Assembly: GCA_044892505.1 (NCBI GenBank)
Contig: CM097883.1
Span: forward strand, 119,164,001-119,206,086
Origin: Schmidtea nova
Lineage: Eukaryota
Direction: 5' to 3'
Length of the DNA: 42,086 nucleotides
This document shows positions 1 through 9,448 of the stretch, piece by piece. Position 1 is the stretch's first letter; each line of letters starts with the position of its first letter. The notes beneath the pieces are model-generated. The model saw nothing but the letters and a program-made list of their open reading frames with translations, was not told the origin of the DNA and did no database searches. The position numbers and the translations under genes are program-made.

Positions 1-479
1 AAGAAGGAAAAGCAAATTTCGAAAACTTAACGGAAAATGAAAATATTATTGATAATGAAGATAAAAATGTAGAGGATGACAACGATTCGGAATTCAGTGA
101 AGAAGAAGATGAAGACAATGAAAGTGTTGTTTTAATTGAAAGTGATTCTGACAGACAAGAAGAATTGGATAAAGAAGAGGAAGAGGATTGTGAGGCCATT
201 GTGTTGGAGATAGAAAGCAGTTTGGAAAATATCGATAAAATGATTGAAGAAAGTCAAGAGACGATAGCTGAGAATGAAAACAATGACCTTCAGCAATCAA
301 ATGCAAATGATGCGACAAACACCGATGTGTTGTGGAATGATAAACTAATCAATTTGGTAGTTGCTAGTAATCCCGTCATACCAGAAGTAACCAACACCCA
401 GAATGAGGAACATAGACCGATAATGACCAGGAGTAGGCTCAGGCGGCAATTGAGGAGACCAAATCAGCCGACAGATTAA
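1..479 (+). CDS. 3' end of an acidic low-complexity ORF entering from the left edge; product unknown
   Basis: Frame is open from base 3 to TAA at 477-479, is D/E-rich, ends RPIMTRSRLRRQLRRPNQPTD and is followed by AATAAA at ~502. No family recognised. Confidence 0.4.
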   Translation, partial: EGKANFENLTENENIIDNEDKNVEDDNDSEFSEEEDEDNESVVLIESDSDRQEELDKEEEEDCEAIVLEIESSLENIDKMIEESQETIAENENNDLQQSNANDATNTDVLWNDKLINLVVASNPVIPEVTNTQNEEHRPIMTRSRLRRQLRRPNQPTD

Positions 480-1268
480 TATTTCATAGTATTTTGTGTT
501 CAATAAAATGTATTATTTATTCACTAATGTTTTTGTTCATTAAAACTTTGTTATTGCTTTTCATTATAATATAAATTTGTCAGTTTAGAACGCTGGAAAT
601 TATATTTACAGCATTGTGTTTGAAAAACAAGAGGATAAAGCAAATTCAAACATTTATTTATAACTTTCAAGGAAAACAAACTAGGAAAAAAGAGTTAAGC
701 GAGTGTTGGGCTGGTAGAAGTGAAATTAAAATTTTGTTTTAATGCATCCAAAAATAGATTATCGCACACCCCCCCACCCTAGAAAATAGCACCACTGTCA
801 CTATTTCGCGATACTTCAACTACCGTCTTAACCCGAAAATAACACCATGGTGTTATGTTTGAATATAAGATCACTCTGGTGTTTTTTTCAAGTATAACAC
901 CATGGTGTTTTAAAATACTCTAATGTAATAACTTTTTTTTACATATTTTTAATATTAAAATAATAAAAAGTATTTCTTAAAATTTTATTATTATATATTC
1001 TTTTTTTTTATAAAATATCTTTTATAATTTTCAATTTTAAGTACTTTTAAAATTTTTCTTAATATAAGTTTTTAAGCTGTGTCCATTAAAGAAAATTGGA
1101 ACATTATAATAAAAAATGCAAATACTTAAACTTCATTTGAATATCTAGTATCAAATCCAATTCAAACTGTGGTAATGGTAGAAATTGATCAGTATTTTGG
1201 GATACATATGCTTGGTTAATTAGCATTATATTAATGTTTAAATATTAAATAAAAAACCATGGTGTTAT

Positions 1269-1889
1269 AGTAGAGTAGGGGGAGCGCCCAAGAACAGGAA
1301 CAGGCCCCCCTCCCCCCTAAAATTTTTTTTACCCCCCCAAAAAAAATTTTTTTTGTTTAAATGAAGTGAATTTTTTAAATTTTTTATTTTGTTTAAATTA
1401 AGTGAATTTTTTATTTTGTTTAAATGAAGTCAATTTTTTAATTTTAATTTTTTGTTTAAATGAAGTCAATTTAATTTATTATTTNNNNNNNNNNNNNNNN
1501 NNNNNNNNNNNNNNNNNNNNNNNNNNNNNNNNNNNNNNNNNNNNNNNNNNNNNNNNNNNNNNNNNNNNNNNNNNNNNNNNNNNNNNNNNNNNNNNNNNNN
1601 NNNNNNNNNNNNNNNNNNTAATTTATATTTAATTTTTTATTTTTAATAATTTATTTTTATTAATTTATTTTTAATAATTTATATTTATTTATTTTAATTT
1701 ATATTTAATTTTAATTTATATTTATTTTTAATAATTTATTTTTATTAATTTATTTTTAATAATTTATATTTATTTTTAATAATTTATATTTATTTATTTA
1801 TTTTAATTAATAATTTATATTTATTTTTAATTTATTTTAATTAATATTTATTTTTAATTTATTTTTAATAATTTATTTAAATTTAAATT
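1269..1889 (+). repeat. Left Polinton TIR (inner boundary uncertain because of gaps)
   Basis: Terminal AGTAG motif, C-tracts, about five copies of TTTTGTTTAAATGAAGTGAATTTT, then AT-rich tandem repeats. Mirrored at the right end. Confidence 0.85.
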
Positions 1890-2267
1890 NNNNNNNNNNN
1901 NNNNNNNNNNNNNNNNNNNNNNNNNNNNNNNNNNNNNNNNNNNNNNNNNNNNNNNNNNNNNNNNNNNNNNNNNNNNNNNNNNNNNNNNNNNNNNNNNNNN
2001 NNNNNNNNNNNNNNNNNNNNNNNNNNNNNNNNNNNNNNNNNNNNNNNNNNNNNNNNNNNNNNNNNNNNNNNNNNNNNNNNNNNNNNNNNNNNNNNNNNNN
2101 NNNNNNNNNNNNNNNNNNNNNNNNNNNNNNNNNNNNNNNNNNNNNNNNNNNNNNNNNNNNNNNNNNNNNNNNNNNNNNNNNNTTTAAAATAATAATACTA
2201 ATATTTCATCACAGTATAAATAATACAATAAAGTAGATAAAAACAAAAAGAAATAAAATACAAATAT

Positions 2268-5200
2268 TTATTGAAATAAATCATCTTCATCTTCGTCATC
2301 TTCTTGAATATCTTCATCTTCGGTAATTGAATCCCCCATAACTGTAAAACTTTCCCTACAATGTCCATAAGCAATACTTTTATTTTTCTCAACCCAAAGT
2401 CTCTTATCATCGAGGTTAGTAAGTGCAATTTTTGAAAACTTATTAGTAAAAATTTGATGATTTTTACTCACAAATCGAGACTGCTCTACTGAAACTATAG
2501 TATTATTTCTATAACAATCAAGATAAGACCGATGCTTCAGTTTAGTATCTTTCAAACAGACGCCTTTAGCCTTTAAACATTCCTTATCACCTAAAAGACT
2601 ATAACATTTAGGTCTAAGAAAAACCCATTCCTTATATTTATGACCCTTATTTTCGTCTTTAAACTTTCCTATAACAGAATCAAGTTTTTTCGAATATAAA
2701 GAATGACTAGGGTCGTAATTCGATGTATCCAAAAGACAATCTCTAACCATCGCAGGTAACAGAACATCTAACCTACAATTCTTAATCTCCAAGAAAAAAG
2801 AGTCAGTATCGCCTGCAACTATATTAATCTCACAGTTGAATTCATTGCGATATTTTTGCAATTCTTCATACTGGAGTTGATACATTCTAAGTTTAGATAA
2901 ATCCAGTACACTTTGGCCAATGTAGCTGGGTCTATCTAAACACACAGAGTCCTTATTAAGCAAGACAGAAATTAGATCATCATCAATCCTATAAGTTTTT
3001 CTAAAGGTAGGTTTTGATGTATATGTAATCAGTTTTGATGCTGAATTACAAAGTCGTAAATTGAGTCTTTTCTTAAGATTTTCGACAGTTTTTCCATAAA
3101 GACTATTATTTAAAAGTTTGTAATAGTTTTTATCTAAAACAAACGATGAAGCTGCCCTAAGTTCAGTGTTCGTATCAATATATTTTTTAAAGATGGGTTT
3201 CTGTTTGTACTGAACAGCCCGATGAACTCGTGTTATTTTAACACCCAAAGAAACAAAAAGCTTGAGAAGCCTCCAATGAACAACATAGTTGAACTTTGGA
3301 TAATGTGTTAACATTAACTTCTCAACTTTAGAATTGGGAGCACACATTTTCTCTGCTGCAACCGGAAAGTCATTTAATTTATCGTGAATTTCAACTGGGA
3401 TTACCAAGTCAACTTCAAATGTTACACCGATTGTTAAAAGTTCCAAGTCAGCATCCATCAAATTAATTAATTTATTTAATTTTTTCTCATCATTAATCCA
3501 TTTAAATTTACCACAAGGTAATTTTTGGCTTAAAGCCCAACCGTACAAATTATTAATGTCGATGTAAAGTAGTTCAGTCGTTTCGGAGGATACTACGTGA
3601 TGCTTGTTGACAAATGTCAAACCACCACGGATCCCCCCTTCGAAAAAATTATACATCTCCATATCCTGGAGCAATTCAATAGGTTCTTCCAAGGTAAGAA
3701 GTGCAGAAGCCCACGACATACCTGGAATACCCAAGAAATTCAACGGTTCTAACCTATTATGAGAAATTGACTTGGCTCTAAACTGTTGAAAGAAATCAGC
3801 AAGAAGAAAGACGTCAAGTTTTAAGTATATCATCATATAGTCACAAAGAGTTTGACAATTAGTTTCCCTCCAAATAACTAATGCCTTGTCGTATTCAGCC
3901 TGCTTAACACCCTCCCAGATTGGTGGTAATTCATATGTTTCATTCAAGACTTCTAACGATGTTGCAAAATCATAAGGAAAAATACCCTTACAATCAACAA
4001 TAGTCCCGGTGAATTCAGATCTAGTCAAAGGTAATGAAGTCAATGTTTTAACCGCATCATTTAAACTGGAGTTAATAAACTGACAAGAGTCAATGAATTT
4101 AATTGTTAAATCGCCGACTCTTGCAGACAAAGTAAGGAATTTTTCACTCGTAGTTGGAATACATGAGATTTTCCAAGTTGAAAAGTTTGTCAATCCATAT
4201 TTAAGAATATGGTGCATGTCATACCCTTTTAAATTATGAAACACAACCGGTAGTTCCTTACGAATCTGTCTAGTAAGATTGCATTTTAAGCAAGCAGCAC
4301 CCAAATATTCACCAGTGTAGTGATCATGGTCTCTGACTGGTTGTACTAAAGTTTTCCTACAGAGATAACAATTTGTAGATGATGCAAAAGATATTTTATT
4401 TTCAAAAGTCATAATAAGTGGTTTTTTGAAATTGTTTTTATAAAAAGGAAAAACAATTTCTTCACCTATATTATTAATTTCAGCAAGAAAATTAGTAACG
4501 CAATCAAGACCCAAGAAACTCTTGTAAATCTTTTCTCCAGTAAAGTTATTTACAAGTAAAAGACCGGCAGATATTGGGACATGTCTTTGAAAGTACTTAT
4601 CATCAGCAGGTAAGATTGCCTCAAAATCGGCGTAAACAACAAAAGGTGGAGTAATTGTTTTGCCCCAATTACTAAATGTCAAATAAGGATTTTTAGGCAA
4701 AGTATATAGAGTTGTGCCTAATTGATTTTTAGAACACAACTCTTGATGACGAACAAAAGAATCTTGATATCTAAACCCATTCAAGCAACGATGGTACCAT
4801 ATACTTTGAATACGAGTACCAGATATCGATTTATTGTCAAGATTTAAAAGCCTATCAAGATTGGTTACTGCTATATAATGAAAAGAGTCACCATTTTGTA
4901 AAAGAATCAAGTTAATAGGAATTCCGTCTACTACTTTCGACCTATGAATTATGTCAATACACGGATGTTTGAAAACTTCAGGCTTAGTGTCTAGAATTCC
5001 AGATTCATCATATGAAAGTACGTTAATCGCATATCCCGGGTTTTTAGCTTCAAACTTTGGGATATTGCAAAGACGCATAGGCAAATCAGAAGGACTAAAG
5101 TTAACATCAGAAAGATTGTAATTACTGATCCTATGTTTATTTTTACGGCCAGATATCTCATCATATTTAATAATTACCAAAACAGAATAGATAAAGCACA

Positions 5201-6245
5201 AGTCATCAGAATTCTGAACATTTACAACACAATGTTTTGATTTTAAAGATTCAGGAGTGTCAATACCACCGTAACCTATCAACCTACTTATCTCAGAAAA
5301 TTTGGTTAATATGAAATGAATTTCATTAATTTTATTAATTATCCAGTTACTACCTCTATTATTAATTAATGTAATTTTTTCATTAAGAATATTAATGCCA
5401 TCGTCTATAAAGGTATCTGTGACAGGTTTTGCAGAGTTAGAAATAACTATAGTTTGAAAAGCACCATCTTTTTCAAACTCAACTTCGATGCAAAATTGAA
5501 TTTTAACCGTTCCCATGGTTTCAATTACATTATTTAATTTATTAATTAAATTATCAGGTACAAACATGCTTTTTAAATTCAAGTTAGTGACAATCATTTT
5601 AACTATAGCATGTGATTTATTTAAATCAAATTTAACAACAGGTAAAATGGAGCCACCAACCTGTACTTCAGGAACTAAAGAGTATTTATAGTCAGAAATT
5701 TTATCAAAAGAACCACCAATTTGAATATTATCGATAGGATCAAAAGAGTCTACAACCACAAAATCAGAAAGATTATTTAAATCAAGAATGTTATCAGGAA
5801 TGATATCATTATCAAGAATGGTATCAAGAATGTTATCAACAGGAATGGTATCATTATCATCATCATCATCAGAAATTACAACTATATCTGAAGGAACAAC
5901 CGAATGAACAACTGAAGAAATATCATCAGAAAGATCTGACTTGTTAATTTTGACTGGGATTGGACTATTTACATTACATTTTCTTTTAATCGGTAATTTA
6001 AAAATTGATTTTTTAGATGTTTTAAATTGATCTAAATGATCGCAATGAGTATTGTAAAATTCAATATACGAAGAGGACGAAGTAGATTTGCAAAAAGGAC
6101 AAATGTAGTAAGTTTTACAGTTATGAGGGTATGCATAATATTTTTCCATTATTTCATGGCATTTTACATCATGAATTGTGGAGTTGCAATATTTTTGATA
6201 TAAATTGCCTATAATATTTAAAAATAATATAAAAATAATGATCAA
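2268..6245 (-). CDS. POLB: Protein-primed family B DNA polymerase with an N-terminal extension and an endonuclease VII-like Zn module
   Basis: Exonuclease motifs YADFEA, FHNLKGYD and YLKLDV. Polymerase motifs DINNLYGWA, KLLNNSLYGKT and AGDTDS. CYLC..DHDHYTG..AACLKCN insert. The ORF-track start is TTG; the first ATG is at 6149 and the true start may be spliced. Confidence 0.97.
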   Translation of the reverse strand: MIIIFILFLNIIGNLYQKYCNSTIHDVKCHEIMEKYYAYPHNCKTYYICPFCKSTSSSSYIEFYNTHCDHLDQFKTSKKSIFKLPIKRKCNVNSPIPVKINKSDLSDDISSVVHSVVPSDIVVISDDDDDNDTIPVDNILDTILDNDIIPDNILDLNNLSDFVVVDSFDPIDNIQIGGSFDKISDYKYSLVPEVQVGGSILPVVKFDLNKSHAIVKMIVTNLNLKSMFVPDNLINKLNNVIETMGTVKIQFCIEVEFEKDGAFQTIVISNSAKPVTDTFIDDGINILNEKITLINNRGSNWIINKINEIHFILTKFSEISRLIGYGGIDTPESLKSKHCVVNVQNSDDLCFIYSVLVIIKYDEISGRKNKHRISNYNLSDVNFSPSDLPMRLCNIPKFEAKNPGYAINVLSYDESGILDTKPEVFKHPCIDIIHRSKVVDGIPINLILLQNGDSFHYIAVTNLDRLLNLDNKSISGTRIQSIWYHRCLNGFRYQDSFVRHQELCSKNQLGTTLYTLPKNPYLTFSNWGKTITPPFVVYADFEAILPADDKYFQRHVPISAGLLLVNNFTGEKIYKSFLGLDCVTNFLAEINNIGEEIVFPFYKNNFKKPLIMTFENKISFASSTNCYLCRKTLVQPVRDHDHYTGEYLGAACLKCNLTRQIRKELPVVFHNLKGYDMHHILKYGLTNFSTWKISCIPTTSEKFLTLSARVGDLTIKFIDSCQFINSSLNDAVKTLTSLPLTRSEFTGTIVDCKGIFPYDFATSLEVLNETYELPPIWEGVKQAEYDKALVIWRETNCQTLCDYMMIYLKLDVFLLADFFQQFRAKSISHNRLEPLNFLGIPGMSWASALLTLEEPIELLQDMEMYNFFEGGIRGGLTFVNKHHVVSSETTELLYIDINNLYGWALSQKLPCGKFKWINDEKKLNKLINLMDADLELLTIGVTFEVDLVIPVEIHDKLNDFPVAAEKMCAPNSKVEKLMLTHYPKFNYVVHWRLLKLFVSLGVKITRVHRAVQYKQKPIFKKYIDTNTELRAASSFVLDKNYYKLLNNSLYGKTVENLKKRLNLRLCNSASKLITYTSKPTFRKTYRIDDDLISVLLNKDSVCLDRPSYIGQSVLDLSKLRMYQLQYEELQKYRNEFNCEINIVAGDTDSFFLEIKNCRLDVLLPAMVRDCLLDTSNYDPSHSLYSKKLDSVIGKFKDENKGHKYKEWVFLRPKCYSLLGDKECLKAKGVCLKDTKLKHRSYLDCYRNNTIVSVEQSRFVSKNHQIFTNKFSKIALTNLDDKRLWVEKNKSIAYGHCRESFTVMGDSITEDEDIQEDDEDEDDLFQ

Positions 6246-6310
6246 AATTATGATAAAAATTATGATAAAAATATTATGATAAAAATATTATGATAAAAAT
6301 TATGATAAAA
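6245..6310. repeat. Tandem 13-15 bp AAAAT(AT)TATGATA repeats in the divergent promoter region
   Basis: About five copies visible between pPolB and the 6444 gene. Confidence 0.8.
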
Positions 6311-6443
6311 TATCAATGATGTATATCAAGTGTGTATACACACATTCAAAATATCGTAATATATATTTATTGATTATGATTGGTCAAAATAATTTAAAAA
6401 TTACTATATAAACGACTTATAAAATTAAAATAATCATTAAAAA

Positions 6444-6972
6444 ATGTATCAACTGAAAAGTAAGATTAATTAATTTTAAATGATTATTTTTTAATTTATT
6501 TTTTCTAGAATCGAAAAGAATGACAAAACAAGAAATAATGAAGATTATTCTTGAGGAAAATCCTATTTCTTCATCTAATTTGGCATTGAATTCACCAGTT
6601 CAATTCATGCAATACTCGATGGAGTATTTGAAATATCCAATCAAATATTCATTTAAAGTAATTAATTAAAAATTATAAAAATCTAATTAATATTATTTAC
6701 AGGAACCTGTTACATTGAAACAATGTCAATTCAATATTCAGGTTGGAAAAATCGGGGAAACTGATAGAAAGAATCTATCTGAAATTTTAATGCTAATAAA
6801 TAAAGATATTCAATTCAACGAGGAATTCACATATATGAACTGTAAAAAAGAAACAGATTTAGGCAAATTAGATGATAATTCAATGTATCAAATTCAAATT
6901 ATCTTACAAGGATTTAAACAATCTGAAAACGTGATAAAGCCTATATGGAAAATTACTGATTTTCATGAATAA
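6444..6972 (+). CDS. Three-exon 144-aa protein, join(6444-6459,6509-6657,6703-6972); possibly an OB-fold ssDNA-binding protein
   Basis: GTAAG..TTCTAG (49 nt) and GTAAT..TTACAG (45 nt) introns join into one open frame, MYQLKKSKRMTKQEIMKII...IKPIWKITDFHE. TATATAAA at 6405 lies upstream. The function is a guess from the C-terminal beta-strand pattern. Confidence 0.7.
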
Positions 6973-7029
6973 ACTCTTGTTTAATTTATTTGTTCTTTAT
7001 TTATTTTTAATAATTGATTTTTATAATAA

Positions 7030-7230
7030 ATATATTTTAAAATATATAAATTTATAAAATATATTTATTATAAAAATTAATTAAATTCATAAAATGTAAA
7101 AATATATTTATTATAAAAATTAATTAAAATCATATAATGTAAAAAATATATTTATTATAAAAATTAATTAAATTCATAAAATGTAAAAATATATTTATTA
7201 TAAAAATTAATTAAAATCATATTATATAAA
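7030..7230. repeat. AT-rich tandem repeat (~45-bp unit)
   Basis: Repeated AAATATATTTATTATAAAAATTAATTAAA..CATAAAATGT units. Confidence 0.75.
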
Positions 7231-7234
7231 AAAT

Positions 7235-7456
7235 CTAATTGATAATAATAGTTTCATCAATATATAAATACTTACATTTAAGTTTCGTTGTCATAATATT
7301 GCTTGGTATAATTTTCTTTGTCATTGTCATAATATTGCTTGGTATAATTTTCTTTGTCATTGTCATAATATTGCTTGGTATAATTTTCTTTGTCATAATA
7401 TTGCTTGGTATAATTTCCTTTGTCATAATATTATTTGATATAAATTTCATTGGCAT
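7235..7456 (-). CDS. Small repetitive basic peptide (73 aa, IIPSNIMT(MT)KK repeats); a 5'-UTR intron at 7516-7469 is likely
   Basis: 27/33-bp in-frame tandem repeats. A GTAAGT donor and TTTTCAG acceptor lie just upstream of the ATG. Confidence 0.45.
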   Translation of the reverse strand: MPMKFISNNIMTKEIIPSNIMTKKIIPSNIMTMTKKIIPSNIMTMTKKIIPSNIMTTKLKCKYLYIDETIIIN

Positions 7457-7764
7457 TATTTCAAAAATCTGAAAAGAAAAATTAATAAATATTCATAAAA
7501 AATTAAACTTACTTACTTAAGTTTGCGTGTTGTTAAAAATGTCGTTTATTTAAACGAAATTATTTTTAAATTAATGTAATTTAAAATTAATTAAATATTT
7601 ACAATATGTAATTTAAAATTAATTAAATATTTACAATATGTAATTTAAAATTAATTAAATATTTTACAATATTATTTTCAAATATAATTTAACAAATTCA
7701 AACATAAAAATTCCATAAATAGAAAAAGTCGTTTTATAATAAAAGTCGTTTTATAATAAAAATT

Positions 7765-8144
7765 TTATTTCATATATTTTAGCCAAGCTAAACAATGTTG
7801 CCCACAGGTTTTTGTCATTGGATTTTGATACCGAATTCTGTTATATTCTATTGGTTTTAACATTGACGATAATTTTTTCAATAATATCGGTGGATAATAA
7901 AATCCCATTGGATCAAACACGTATATTTTATCGGGTTTATTATAAATTGCAAGCCAATGTTCACCTTTGAGATTTGATGATTGAGTATTGACAATCAATG
8001 CTTTATTCACATCTATATACGGTATTTTATCTAGAGGAAAAACTCCTAGAAATTCCGATCCAATCAATTTTCTAGCAATCTGATCTACCTGAATTGAACT
8101 AAAATCAATAAAATTTAATTAATTAAAAATAAATCTTACTTCAT
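7765..8144 (-). CDS. PRO: Adenain-like (C5-type) cysteine maturation protease, join(8144-8140,8098-7765), 112 aa
   Basis: Catalytic motifs GEHWLA, FDPMG and QNPMTKTCGQHC. Removing a 41-nt GT-AG intron restores the typical N-terminus MNSIQVDQIARKLIGSEFLGVFPLD. Confidence 0.93.
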
Positions 8145-8221
8145 TTACTTTTTTAATTAATTAAAATTAGTTTATATTAAACCAATAATTTTCAATTAAA
8201 TCAACAATGTTTGAGCAGAGC

Positions 8222-9448
8222 TCAAACCAGTATTGTTCGATTAGCTGTAATTTGTAATTCCTTTTCAAAAACTCCATATACAATTACAGAAACTGATTCA
8301 GTCAATGGTGTACCAAATTTAATATCAAGTCTTAGATTACCTTGTTGTGGTAATTGACTTTGATTTAGGTCAAAATCTGGAGCCAAAACGAAGGTGAAAA
8401 AAGGATATTTACTTTTCCAATCTGCTAAAGTAATACCGCAATTCATACTCTTATTCAGGTAACCAAGGTTACGGACAATAGATTGCATATAACTAGTACT
8501 ACAAATATCATTTTCAAAATCTTGAGAATATTTTTCACGATAATCACTTCCTTTCGATAAAGTTAATGATTTGACATTAAAATGATCGTAAATAGAATAA
8601 GTTTCAGTAAAAGAACCACTATGTCTTTTATTTCCTTGAAACGCTACAAGAATAAAGTTTGGTAATCGTCTATCTCCAAAGATTTGTTCCTTATAAAATG
8701 AAGAAGAACCCATTGGCAATGAAAATTCTACAACTTCCTTATTTCTTATTGGGTAAATTGCATTTCTTGTACTAAGTCCAATTTGATGCCCAGCATAAAC
8801 TGATGGTTCTACTCGAACTCTTCTAACCATTAATTTTGCCTCTAATAATTCAATTATAGGTTCAATTTTTGTACATGTTAAACTATTGGATGGATTTGAT
8901 CTCGTCAATTTAATTTGAACACTAACACCAGGTAATAAATACTTGGGTTGTTCCATGAAATCGAAATGTAATGGAGAACAAATTGAAAATGGTTTTGATT
9001 TTGCAATCCATGCTTTTCTAGTAAGATCATGGTCATTGTATCCCATTGGAGTTAAAGATGTGTGTTTTGTATCACTATTGTAGTTGAGAATAGTTTCAAT
9101 CATGGCTTTGTGTGTAAATGTATCATTTCCTCCTTCAACTTTAGTAGAATTGAAAATTAATTCGGCTTCTTTAAAAAGAGTTTGGAAAAAGAAATTGTTG
9201 GGAGTAACATCAGCATCCAATCCTAAATTTTCACCCGATTTGTTTACAACTTTGACCTGAAGAGATAGTAAAGTATCGTTCAAATCTAAATATTCAGTTT
9301 GAGATCCATTGATGTAAAATTGAATAGATGATGTCCCAGCATCTGTAATTGAATTTGTTGGGTAAATATCTTCAAATGCACCATGTTCAATTACTGCTTG
9401 TGGAGATGGTCTATCAAAAAGACATAATTCAGATTTTGCACTAATCAT
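8222..9448 (-). CDS. PY: Double jelly-roll major capsid protein (Polinton PY)
   Basis: 408 aa with the characteristic start KSELCLFDRPSPQAVIE, YLDLNDTLL, MEQPKYLLPGV and C-terminal GNLRLDIKF. Confidence 0.92.
   Translation of the reverse strand: MISAKSELCLFDRPSPQAVIEHGAFEDIYPTNSITDAGTSSIQFYINGSQTEYLDLNDTLLSLQVKVVNKSGENLGLDADVTPNNFFFQTLFKEAELIFNSTKVEGGNDTFTHKAMIETILNYNSDTKHTSLTPMGYNDHDLTRKAWIAKSKPFSICSPLHFDFMEQPKYLLPGVSVQIKLTRSNPSNSLTCTKIEPIIELLEAKLMVRRVRVEPSVYAGHQIGLSTRNAIYPIRNKEVVEFSLPMGSSSFYKEQIFGDRRLPNFILVAFQGNKRHSGSFTETYSIYDHFNVKSLTLSKGSDYREKYSQDFENDICSTSYMQSIVRNLGYLNKSMNCGITLADWKSKYPFFTFVLAPDFDLNQSQLPQQGNLRLDIKFGTPLTESVSVIVYGVFEKELQITANRTILV

Noticed and set aside
94-318. Antisense or alternative-frame ORFs (also 2198-2428, 7239-7472, 9635-9826, 13001-13249, 18476-18694, 33283-33666, 33286-33540, 37832-38071)
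   Set aside because: They are shadows of better-supported genes, mostly with non-ATG starts and no recognisable motifs.
1402-1632. ORFs spanning N runs (also 15327-15812, 16010-16213, 41511-41987, 41528-41998)
   Set aside because: They are open only because Ns contain no stop codons.
6245-7760. CRISPR-like array
   Set aside because: The repeats are contiguous tandem units without unique spacers, in a eukaryotic context with no cas genes.
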